Shown one piece after another: positions 24,539 through 32,000 of a DNA stretch of 32,000 bases. The stretch is from NCBI RefSeq assembly GCF_000009705.1, contig NC_003272.1:3990001-4022000 (forward strand), in the 5' to 3' direction. How positions within the stretch are numbered: position 1 is the stretch's first letter; every line of letters starts with the position of its first letter. The notes beneath the pieces were generated by a model, which was not told the origin of the DNA, did not search any database, and saw only the letters and a list, made by a program, of their open reading frames with translations. Source of the DNA: Nostoc sp. PCC 7120 = FACHB-418 (GTDB lineage: Bacteria; Cyanobacteriota; Cyanobacteriia; Cyanobacteriales; Nostocaceae). Position numbers and translations under genes: made by a program.

Positions 24539-26308
24539 TTAATTAATCATTACTAATGAACCTTTTAGAACAGCGATCGCACTACTGGAAACTTCTGCGC
24601 CGGCGTTACCTTGGGCTTTGAATTGGGCGTTGGCTGCGATATTCACATTCAAGCCCTCAATGCTGACATCTTGAGTGGCTTTGAGGGTCAGTTTACCTGT
24701 GGCTTCTAGGGTGATGTCTTTGGGGCTATTCATGGCAATACCGCGATCGCTCATAGCGAAGGTGTTGCCGTTTTGGTCGGTGAGGGTGATACCTTTGTCT
24801 TCGTCGGAGATGGTGACTTTATTACCTCCTGGGGTTTGTAGGGTAATTATTTTCTTGTCGTCATCAAAAGTTAGCTGCATTTGAGAGCGCGTAAAAAACC
24901 CTTTGCGATGGTTTTCGGCGGTAGCGCGTAAAGGGGCTGGTTTAGCACTACTATTCAACATCCCTAAAACTACAGGATCACGGGGGTCATCGTTGAGAAA
25001 ACCGAGTATTACCTCATCGCCGACTTCGGGACGAAAGAAGGAACCGCGATTATTCCCCGCGTCTAGGGTGGCAATTCGCGCCCAAATCCCCTCGGCTTGA
25101 GCATCGATAATCGGCACTTTAACGAGGATGCGGTCTTCGCCGTTGGGGTCGTCTTGCAACTGCACCACCACCCCAATCTGTAAGCCATTTACCCCAGGGA
25201 GTAACCCCGCAGCAGGTTTATCAATAATGTCGACTTCTTGATAAAACCATTGGGGAGGAAGTCCCATCTGTATATGAGTGTCCCAAGCTCCCCCGACTAT
25301 TTCATGGCGAATACCGGAAACATAGGCGAGTCCATTAAAGCGATCGCCTACTCCCGCCAACTGAATCAACACATCGACCTTAGCATCAGGGTAGCCTTTG
25401 GTTTTCACCCGTCCCTGAATTTTGGCTAATCTACTCTTGAGTAGTTGAGCATCCGCCCAAGCCTTGAGTTCTGGTTCAGCCACCAAACCACTGTGACGCA
25501 GTTCCAATGCACTCAAGTCGATTACTTGCGCTAATTGCCGTCCTGATAAATTGCCTTGATTATTAACCGTAGGTTCGCTGGCTTCAGCTTCAACTAAGGC
25601 CTGATCAGCATAATTCCAAGAGGTTGCCTTTACTGCTTGATATTGGTGACGGGCATCCATCGCCGCTTCCAACTCTAGGAGATTGACACCGTAAGTTAAT
25701 GTAATCTGGGGAGCGCCGCTTGTGTTAGGAGCCTTCACCTTAATTTTTTCGTCTTGTGCCACCACAATCTGTCCGTTCATTTCCGCCCGTGACAGAATAA
25801 AATCCCAATCAGTGGCGTAATACTGGACAATTTCCGGATGCTGCACCTGGGTAGCTGCCACATCTGCCGATAAACTGTGTTGAGCGATAATTTCGGCGAT
25901 CGCATCACTATCTTTTGTATCCACAAAATAGCGATTATGACGACCAACAGTCAGTTTAGTAGCCAGACCCCGACAATCAAGCATCAGCATCGAGTCACCA
26001 TTAGCAGTCACTTTCAAGGCGTGTTTGACAATCAATCCTTGAAAAATCTTCTGATCTGAGCCGTCATACCCAGCCGCAATTTCCACCTCTTGACCAGGAA
26101 CTAAGTCAGCCCCCTCACTAGCTGCAAAAGTCTCATCCGCCGCCGCACCATCACGCAGTATAATTCGCGCCGTTGGTACACGGTTGACAATCTGATTCAC
26201 CGTTATAGATAGCACCGTGTAATCATTGGTGATGTCCTTACCATCAGATAAAAGTTTGAAGGTAGCGACATCATAGAGAGAATTTCTGGGGATGATGCGA
26301 TCGTTCAT
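24539..26308 (-). CDS. cis8: VgrG/gp27-gp5-like spike protein (Cis8)
   Basis: 589 aa. OB-fold block GVVVQLQDDPNGEDRILVKVPI...GIWARIATLDAGNNRGSFFRPEVGDEVILGFLNDDPRDPVVLGML. C-terminal beta-helix repeats (KVTISDEDKGITLTDQNGN...ITLEATGKLTLKATQDVSIEG). The start overlaps the upstream stop as ATGA (26305-26308). Confidence 0.95.
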   Translation of the reverse strand: MNDRIIPRNSLYDVATFKLLSDGKDITNDYTVLSITVNQIVNRVPTARIILRDGAAADETFAASEGADLVPGQEVEIAAGYDGSDQKIFQGLIVKHALKVTANGDSMLMLDCRGLATKLTVGRHNRYFVDTKDSDAIAEIIAQHSLSADVAATQVQHPEIVQYYATDWDFILSRAEMNGQIVVAQDEKIKVKAPNTSGAPQITLTYGVNLLELEAAMDARHQYQAVKATSWNYADQALVEAEASEPTVNNQGNLSGRQLAQVIDLSALELRHSGLVAEPELKAWADAQLLKSRLAKIQGRVKTKGYPDAKVDVLIQLAGVGDRFNGLAYVSGIRHEIVGGAWDTHIQMGLPPQWFYQEVDIIDKPAAGLLPGVNGLQIGVVVQLQDDPNGEDRILVKVPIIDAQAEGIWARIATLDAGNNRGSFFRPEVGDEVILGFLNDDPRDPVVLGMLNSSAKPAPLRATAENHRKGFFTRSQMQLTFDDDKKIITLQTPGGNKVTISDEDKGITLTDQNGNTFAMSDRGIAMNSPKDITLEATGKLTLKATQDVSIEGLNVNIAANAQFKAQGNAGAEVSSSAIAVLKGSLVMIN

Positions 26309-27009
26309 GATTGTGTTTTTTCCAGTGGTGGAAACCGCAAGTCTGTATTAGTAGCTAGTTTGCGGAAGTTAATTAAACCGTTGACCTTGGCAATCTGTAA
26401 ATAATAGGCAGGATCACCGTAAATTCGATGCGTCATCAAAGGCAAAGTATCACCAGCTTTCACCTTACGTTGATGGGTAACATCAGGGGATTGTTTACCT
26501 TCTTCTCGGACACGGCGATTCTGTTCAACGTAACTAGTAAAAGTTGTACTCAGCTTGGCTCGTAGTGGTTTACCAGTCTGATCAAACAGAGTGTAATTAA
26601 TCTGGAGATCAGTTAATAAACAATCAAAACCATTCTTCTCACCAAAGGAAAAGTCCCCCCAAATCAGGCGCAGAAAATTTGGTTTGTGAGTCTCACTATT
26701 CATGCTGTAGACCAAATCCAGAAACACCCGCACCTGGTCAGCAACATCCTGATGAAATTCCCCAGGCTTACCATTATTGACAGGTACTACACCAGTACCG
26801 TCAAAAGTAAAATCCAGCTTCAGTTCTTCTGGTTTAGTGAATTTAAATTCCGGGTCATTGCGCTGGGAACCCTGAGCTTGTTCACGGTTATATTCCACCT
26901 TAAAAGACTGGGAAAATTGCTCAGGATTAATCGGTAACTCAAATTCCCCCAACTTATTTTCAAAGCGCTTGTCTTGATATGCCAGGAGTTTAACTTTTGT
27001 GAGTGCCAT
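26305..27009 (-). CDS. cis7: LysM-containing tube-initiator/baseplate hub protein (Afp7/Cis7-like)
   Basis: 234 aa. N-terminal tube-like fold motif (ELPINPEQFSQSFKVEY...LKLDFTFDGTG) and C-terminal LysM (VKAGDTLPLMTHRIYGDPAYYLQIAKVNGLINFRKL). Confidence 0.9.
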   Translation of the reverse strand: MALTKVKLLAYQDKRFENKLGEFELPINPEQFSQSFKVEYNREQAQGSQRNDPEFKFTKPEELKLDFTFDGTGVVPVNNGKPGEFHQDVADQVRVFLDLVYSMNSETHKPNFLRLIWGDFSFGEKNGFDCLLTDLQINYTLFDQTGKPLRAKLSTTFTSYVEQNRRVREEGKQSPDVTHQRKVKAGDTLPLMTHRIYGDPAYYLQIAKVNGLINFRKLATNTDLRFPPLEKTQS

Positions 27010-27075
27010 AGTTTATAAATAGAAGGCAGTCCCGATGAAACAGGTTTCACAGCCAAACAGGAAAGATGTCTTTTT

Positions 27076-27110
27076 CCTACACCCTTACACCCTTACACCC
27101 CTACACCCCT
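27076..27110 (-). repeat. Octamer tandem repeat (TACACCC-type on plus; GGGGTGTAGGGGTGTAAGGGTGTAAGGG on the sense strand), a G-quadruplex-type motif
   Basis: 'cctacacccttacacccttacacccctacacccct'. On the minus (mRNA-sense) strand this gives four G3-4 tracts with 4-5-nt loops, 67-101 nt upstream of the cis7 ATG. Confidence 0.65.
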
Positions 27111-27197
27111 TTCAACTCAGGAGGTAGGAGAGAAAAGCCAGTTACTATCGGGGTTTTAAAGTTTTGCATTTTACGTTTAATTATGTCTACCGACTTA

Positions 27198-27350
27198 CTA
27201 TCTTTCTGACTTTTCTTGAAGAATAGCTAACACCTGTTCCACACAAGCAGCAATAATTGCTGATTGGTCGCCAGCACCCCCAGTACCTTGATTTTGTCCC
27301 CCCTCATTCACCGAAGCCTTAATCACTAGTTCTCTAATTTCCAACGGCAT
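27198..27350 (-). CDS. Small 50-aa CIS protein (positional equivalent of Afp6/Pvc6; DUF5908-like N-terminus)
   Basis: Not in the supplied track because it is under 60 aa. My own translation of the reverse complement gives MPLEIRELVIKASVNEGGQNQGTGGAGDQSAIIAACVEQVLAILQEKSER*. ATG at 27350, TAG at 27198-27200. It lies between the tube-like and LysM genes, 48 nt after the tube-like gene's stop. Confidence 0.6.
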   Translation of the reverse strand: MPLEIRELVIKASVNEGGQNQGTGGAGDQSAIIAACVEQVLAILQEKSER

Positions 27351-27398
27351 AAATTTATCCTCTTGTCAGTTGTCGTTAGTTATTCTCATCACTCCCCA

Positions 27399-27902
27399 CT
27401 ATTTCAAAGTTTCAAAATAGCTGTAATTCAACTCCAGCGATTCCACAGCAATAGAGTTTTGTTCAGCGTTGAACTCAGAAACCGACCATTTTTTAGGCCA
27501 AGCATTAATTACCTTCCAAGTCATCAGAGGTGCGATGGTCGAAGACCCGCCTGTGGCGATCGCTTCTGGTGGTTGATTAGGATCACTCCTCTCGATATGC
27601 AGCAGCCGTACCAACAAGTTCATCGGGCGAATATCAAAGTTGAGAATGGCATCCATACACCACTTCACCATCTGGGAATCATTCACTAAACCGCGCTTTA
27701 ACACCAGTGGATCATATTTAGTTCGCACCGGTAAAATATGTTCAAAACGATTTTCACCCCCTTCTTTGAGGGTTTCAGTCTGCATATCAACACTAAGTCC
27801 AGTCACACTCTGAAACCGGGTTTCAACCACATCCTTATCTAGGTTTTCACCCTGAAAAACGACCTCGAAAAAGAAACTAACTGGTGGATAGGTGCGAATC
27901 AT
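27399..27902 (-). CDS. Tail-tube paralog (Afp5/Cis5-like, gp19 family)
   Basis: 167 aa. PPVSFFFEVVFQG....RFQSVTGLSVDMQTETLKEGGEN is a gp19-type tube motif. It begins 11 nt downstream of the main tube gene. Confidence 0.85.
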   Translation of the reverse strand: MIRTYPPVSFFFEVVFQGENLDKDVVETRFQSVTGLSVDMQTETLKEGGENRFEHILPVRTKYDPLVLKRGLVNDSQMVKWCMDAILNFDIRPMNLLVRLLHIERSDPNQPPEAIATGGSSTIAPLMTWKVINAWPKKWSVSEFNAEQNSIAVESLELNYSYFETLK

Positions 27903-27913
27903 AGGAAATTAGT

Positions 27914-28345
27914 TTAGCCATTTTGAATAGTTAACCCTTCATGGGCAACTTCAATACTTTCTATCGCCACTTCGTTACCGTCACCTTTGAGGTCTGTTGA
28001 TTGTACTTTCGTAGGCCAAGCACGATTAACTTTCCAAACAACGACTGGTTCATGCTTTTCATTCAACAGACTAATCGTCAAATCACGACGCTCAATCGTG
28101 TTGAGCGCAACAGTATTCCACCATTTGTAAAAATCGTTATCCCCTTGGAATGTCCCCCGCTTCATCGTGATGTTGCTAAATTTCTGCATACCAGGCATCT
28201 TGAGTTTGTGGTACTGCGGTAAGTTACCTTCACGGTACTCTATAACCTCAGTTTCCACATCTAGTCCAGAAACTTCCGTGAACCCTAGACGAGAACCACC
28301 CCAATCGACCTGGAAATGAAACTTTGGTAAAGGATATTCAGCCAT
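27914..28345 (-). CDS. cis1: Tail-tube protein (T4 gp19 family; Cis1)
   Basis: 143 aa. YPLPKFHFQVDWGGSRLGFTEVSGLDVETEVIEYREGN is the classic gp19/Afp1 signature. Confidence 0.95.
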   Translation of the reverse strand: MAEYPLPKFHFQVDWGGSRLGFTEVSGLDVETEVIEYREGNLPQYHKLKMPGMQKFSNITMKRGTFQGDNDFYKWWNTVALNTIERRDLTISLLNEKHEPVVVWKVNRAWPTKVQSTDLKGDGNEVAIESIEVAHEGLTIQNG

Positions 28346-28459
28346 GATTATTACATCCGTTAATTTTGAAATTTATATAGTTTAGGACTTACCTATTCAG
28401 GTTGTCTGGTAAGGGTATAGGGGTATAAGGATTTTAAACATTAACACCCCTCTCCCAAA

Positions 28460-29914
28460 TCAACTTTCCTGCATCTTGTGAGAGAACTTGAGAATAATAA
28501 ACTCCGCAGGACGGACTACTGCCATGCCAATCTCTACAATCATGCGACCTTCGAGAATATCTAGAGCCGTCATGGTTTCGTTGAGTCCAATTTTGACGTA
28601 AAAAGCTTGTTCAGGTTTGGCTCCGGCTAAGGCTCCTGCACGCCATTGGAGGGTGAGGAAGTTTTCAATCATGGCTTTTACCTTAGTCCAGGTGTTGGCA
28701 TCGTTCGGCTCAAAGACAAATGGCTCACTACCTTTTTTGATGGATTCTTCTGCCATGTTGAAGAAGCGGCGCACAGAAACATAGCGCCACTCATTATCAT
28801 TACCTGCCAAGGTACGAGCGCCCCAGATTAAGGTTCCTTTGCCGGTGAAGGCGCGAATGGCATTGATAGATTTACCTGTGGGATGGACGTTGAGATTATT
28901 CTGCTGCTCGTTAGTGATTTTGAGGACAGGTTTGATGACCGAACTTAAGGCCACATTGGCTGGCGCTTTCCACACACCACGGGTGTTGTCGGTTCTGGCA
29001 TATTGTCCCACCACCAAAGGAGAAGGGGGAAGTATCAGAGGCAATTGATCAATAGCAGACTCAATGAGTGCATATTGAATACCATCACCACCATTGGCAG
29101 GATTGTAACCAGCCATTGTGAGAGTGTCCTGTTCTTCTGCACCTCCGTTGACGCTGCGGAAAATTGTTACAGCATCTTCTTGATAAAAGTAGTTAAATAT
29201 AGTTTCAATATCAGGAGCGTAACAAGCACCATATTTGAGGTTGTCCTGGGGCAGACTTAAATCTCGAAAAGCATTGGAAGCGCCCACAATTGCATTAGCT
29301 GGGATTGGTCTTGTCGCGGGTAATTTTAAATCCATGACTGTGAAGCGGTCTTGTAAATTAGCGCACTGCTCTAGTGCTGCACTCATCAAAGCAGCGTAGT
29401 TTTCATCACTGAGACTCTGACTTTCAGGAAATACTAATAGGGTGACTTCATCTTCTTTTGCCACCTCAGCTAATCCATTTTGTAGGGCTTCTAGTTGAAT
29501 CGTGCCAGTGTTACTCATAGGGCCGACTGACACTATGTAGCAGGGACCACCACCATTGGCAAAGTAAGCCTGCATGGAGTAATACAGGTTATGAGGACTA
29601 GGACTAGTAATCCTGGCGCTGGCTTTACGTTCTGTTAGATTACCTCTGCTATCGGTCGTATCTTGGATGACTACCTGAATGGTCGTCTCATTGATGGCTT
29701 TACCAAAAAATTGCTCATATTCCAGCAGCGAAGTGATTCTGACTGGTCGCAAAATCAGATTGTCAGCATCAGTATGAAAGTTTTCCACACCAACCTTGGC
29801 TATCTGGGTATAGCCAATAAAGGCGGGAATGGCAGTTTCTACTTGAGCAATGGAGGGAGGAAATTTGGATATTTCCTCAATATAGACCCCTGGAGTTTTG
29901 TAAGTACTTGGCAT
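28460..29914 (-). CDS. cis2: Contractile tail sheath protein (Cis2)
   Basis: 484 aa. N-terminus MPSTYKTPGVYIEEISKFPPSIAQVETAIPAFIGYT and C-terminal block IWGARTLAGNDNEWRYVSVRRFFNMAEESI are typical of phage and CIS sheath proteins. Confidence 0.95.
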   Translation of the reverse strand: MPSTYKTPGVYIEEISKFPPSIAQVETAIPAFIGYTQIAKVGVENFHTDADNLILRPVRITSLLEYEQFFGKAINETTIQVVIQDTTDSRGNLTERKASARITSPSPHNLYYSMQAYFANGGGPCYIVSVGPMSNTGTIQLEALQNGLAEVAKEDEVTLLVFPESQSLSDENYAALMSAALEQCANLQDRFTVMDLKLPATRPIPANAIVGASNAFRDLSLPQDNLKYGACYAPDIETIFNYFYQEDAVTIFRSVNGGAEEQDTLTMAGYNPANGGDGIQYALIESAIDQLPLILPPSPLVVGQYARTDNTRGVWKAPANVALSSVIKPVLKITNEQQNNLNVHPTGKSINAIRAFTGKGTLIWGARTLAGNDNEWRYVSVRRFFNMAEESIKKGSEPFVFEPNDANTWTKVKAMIENFLTLQWRAGALAGAKPEQAFYVKIGLNETMTALDILEGRMIVEIGMAVVRPAEFIILKFSHKMQES

Positions 29915-29931
29915 ATTTCTTGTTAATTGAA

Positions 29932-31131
29932 TTACAGATAAATATCAGAAAAAATACGAGCAATTCTTTGGCTGCCATCAGTTTCCGGTTGAATCAAGGT
30001 AATACTGGGGGCAGGCAAAGGTCTATCCTGGCAGTCGTTGAGTAGACTATCGGGACGTTGACGTAAACCAATAGGACGGGCGGTGGCGTAGGTGTGTGTA
30101 TCAATTAGGTTGAAGTAACTGGGCAGGTTCGCGGCGCTACAACCATGCGGTTGTTCATAGCGATAGCGCCAGCGAGTTGCGCGGTTCTTAAAACGAATGA
30201 CATAGGTTTTTGGTTGGATGAAAGTTTGTCCGGCGCTGGCTTGCAGTAGGGAGAAAGCCGATGGTACTAGTTCGGGATTGAGGATAACTTCTACTAGGGC
30301 AAATGCTTCTGGCAGACTATTATCTACGAGTACAAACTCAGCTACTTGGGTGTCATTCTCCAACAAGCGATAATGACCAGGTGTTTGTCCAACGAAGTTG
30401 AGGCTGGTGCTGAATGGTTCACCTGATTTATGGGTATCGGGAACGATGACATCAATAGCCCAAGATTCCTGCTCATTAGTATTGACTAAAGTAAAGTTAT
30501 ATGTATTATCTGGATTGGCGTTGGTGATAACTTGGGTGCGGTAGGTTCCCTGTCTTGGTAGATGGTCTAATTCGGAAACATACTGACTAGCTGGGAGACT
30601 ATCCCAATCACTAGGATTTGGTATGTTAGTAGCATTCCCTTGATAGGTGAGGGATTCTAGGGTTTTGTCTGCATGGGTGACTAGCTGCCCAAGCTGATAT
30701 TCGTTGTTAGTTGTGTAAGCTGATAAAGGTTGGGTGAGAAATAGAGCGTGTCCTTCGTTCCCAGAGAGGTTAGAGAAATAATAAATTTGATTGCGGCTGT
30801 TAATGAGGGACAGATTGGTAAAATTGGCAAAATAGCGATCGCTCACTACTAACCAAAATGTCAGTCTATAAACTCGGTCTATCGGGAAAATCGTCGGAAA
30901 CTGTCCCGATGGCGCTGCGTTGACATTAGCAAAAAGACTCGCCCCATAAAGTTGAGGACGGAACACCCAACGGAGATTAGCCAGCACCCGCAAACATTCC
31001 TGGGTAGGCACTAACGCCAAGGTACGAGAAATATCATAATTGTTGGGCAATGATCCAGGCGTATTCGGCTGTCCCAAATAAAAATCATGCCACAGTTCTA
31101 AGTTGAGGATTTTCTTATATAGAATCTTCAT
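29932..31131 (-). CDS. Conserved-position hypothetical CIS protein (399 aa) between the cap and sheath genes
   Basis: ATG ORF whose stop lies 17 nt upstream of the sheath gene start. No motif recognised. Confidence 0.7.
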   Translation of the reverse strand: MKILYKKILNLELWHDFYLGQPNTPGSLPNNYDISRTLALVPTQECLRVLANLRWVFRPQLYGASLFANVNAAPSGQFPTIFPIDRVYRLTFWLVVSDRYFANFTNLSLINSRNQIYYFSNLSGNEGHALFLTQPLSAYTTNNEYQLGQLVTHADKTLESLTYQGNATNIPNPSDWDSLPASQYVSELDHLPRQGTYRTQVITNANPDNTYNFTLVNTNEQESWAIDVIVPDTHKSGEPFSTSLNFVGQTPGHYRLLENDTQVAEFVLVDNSLPEAFALVEVILNPELVPSAFSLLQASAGQTFIQPKTYVIRFKNRATRWRYRYEQPHGCSAANLPSYFNLIDTHTYATARPIGLRQRPDSLLNDCQDRPLPAPSITLIQPETDGSQRIARIFSDIYL

Positions 31132-31239
31132 ACTTCGTCATAAGTACTCAGAGACTTGAAAAATTGCTGGGTAGGGAGCGACGAGTGCTAAGTCCTGAGT
31201 CAGAAATTCCTCCCAATCCCTAATCCCTTCTATTTGAAA

Positions 31240-31818
31240 TCACTCATTAATGTAGATTTCAGTAATGGTGCTACCTTCAGCTTGTCGTTTTGGAGCCTCT
31301 AAGGAGAGAATCCGAGCGCGATACAGAACAAAAGGAACTTGTTTACCTCCTAACGCTCCCCAAAGATGGTTAAGCTGCTCAAAAGTAAGGCTATAAAGGT
31401 CTGGTAATATCCTTAAGTCCCGCGATATACCACCGATACCAGGTGTAGTGGTAAAAGAAAGCTCTTTTTGCCACTGAAAAAATTCCACCACCCGTGAAAG
31501 CAATCTCAGAGATGTTTCGTATTGATTGTGTAACGCCGAAAAAAGGATAAATAAGTTGAGATTAACTGGAGGATTTTGGTAAATAGTGCGTCCGTTATCC
31601 AAACGATAATGAGGCGAATTTTTTAAGGTTGTCTCCTCCTGTAGATTCACAAGGCTCATGACTACATGACCATTGATCTGGTTGTTTTGACCACCGAGTT
31701 CTTCAGCCATTGCAATATTTTCGATGATCACAACTTGGCTAAGACCAAGTTCTGGCTCAAATTCAAGAATGTAGCGTTGCAAAGCAACCTGTATCAGCCT
31801 CATTGCATCGGATATCAT
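31240..31818 (-). CDS. cis16: DUF4255 (Pvc16_N) tail terminator/cap protein (Afp16/Cis16-like)
   Basis: The track ORF begins at a TTG (31839); an ATG at 31818 gives MISDAMRLIQVALQRYIL..., the usual DUF4255 N-terminus. VNLNLFILFSA and the C-terminal LYRARIL blocks are consistent with this family. Confidence 0.8.
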   Translation of the reverse strand: MISDAMRLIQVALQRYILEFEPELGLSQVVIIENIAMAEELGGQNNQINGHVVMSLVNLQEETTLKNSPHYRLDNGRTIYQNPPVNLNLFILFSALHNQYETSLRLLSRVVEFFQWQKELSFTTTPGIGGISRDLRILPDLYSLTFEQLNHLWGALGGKQVPFVLYRARILSLEAPKRQAEGSTITEIYINE

Positions 31819-32000
31819 AGGAAACCCCCAATGAATCAACTGGATACCTGAGTTTTTTTGGGAATTTGGGATTATAAGTTATGGCAACAAGAGTAAATAT
31901 TAATAAATTAGAAAGTTTTCTCCTGTTTCAGTAAAATTTGTCCTCAATTAACTGAGCAGATTAGCCTTTTTTTATCCAGATTGTGTCAAATGCAACAATT

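Noticed and set aside
27076-27110. Possibility that the short octamer/heptamer tandem repeats are a CRISPR array
   Set aside because: The units are only 7-8 nt with no unique spacers between them. The total length is under 40 nt, and there are no cas genes. They are STRR-type microsatellite-like repeats.
27363-27689. 108-aa plus-strand ORF, and the many other 60-120-aa antisense ORFs in the track (for example 393-587, 5045-5310, 6693-6983, 7260-7616, 10379-10594, 13358-13630, 14417-14671, 15894-16181, 22448-22763, 24161-24379, 24675-25100, 26686-27056, 28001-28222, 28646-29260, 29663-29926 and 31666-31851)
   Set aside because: All are nested in, or overlap, long ORFs on the same or the opposite strand that have strong family signatures. 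None shows a recognisable motif. They are typical shadow ORFs.
31871-31876. TATAAT on the minus strand, ~50 nt upstream of the cap gene, as the operon promoter -10 box
   Set aside because: There is no convincing -35 element at 17 +/- 1 nt. The region is AT-rich, so TATAAT occurs easily by chance. The operon may also start further upstream, for example at an AAA+ ATPase gene beyond the window.
1-32000. tRNA, rRNA, transposase or integrase genes, or prophage boundaries
   Set aside because: No cloverleaf-like or rRNA-like sequence was noticed, and no ORF shows transposase or integrase motifs (DDE, R..H..R..Y). The CIS locus therefore shows no visible mobility module within this window.

Overview
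This window looks like the chromosome of a filamentous, Nostocales-type cyanobacterium. I count about 34 HIP1 palindromes (GCGATCGC) by eye, against fewer than 1 expected by chance. STRR-like G/C-rich short tandem repeats and AATTCAAAATT-type AT-rich repeats fill the intergenic gaps. The left 4 kb is ordinary: an FAD-dependent oxidoreductase, a small hypothetical gene and a TonB-dependent receptor. The rest is one accessory system. From 9.2 to 31.8 kb on the minus strand lies a nearly complete phage-tail-like contractile injection system (CIS, Afp/PVC class). In transcription order it encodes: DUF4255 cap, an unknown 399-aa protein, sheath, two tube paralogs, a 50-aa ORF missing from the ORF track, LysM tube initiator, VgrG spike, PAAR, gp25, a large baseplate-J protein, a 154-aa tail-anchored membrane protein, a 1335-aa baseplate protein, a ~1476-aa protein with three tandem Ig-like repeats and a C-terminal transmembrane helix, and the tape-measure protein. 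No AAA+ ATPase and no capsid, terminase or integrase genes are in the window. Converging on this operon from the plus strand is a 1340-aa protein. It has a DUF4157 leader and HExxH core, an internally duplicated helical region, and a low-GC C-terminal domain carrying an AID/APOBEC-like deaminase signature (HAE-x30-SPCxxC). A 106-aa leader-only paralog follows it. My main hypothesis is a membrane-anchored (thylakoid-type) cyanobacterial CIS paired with a nucleic-acid deaminase cargo that has no obvious immunity gene. All family assignments rest on motif recognition by eye; no searches were run.
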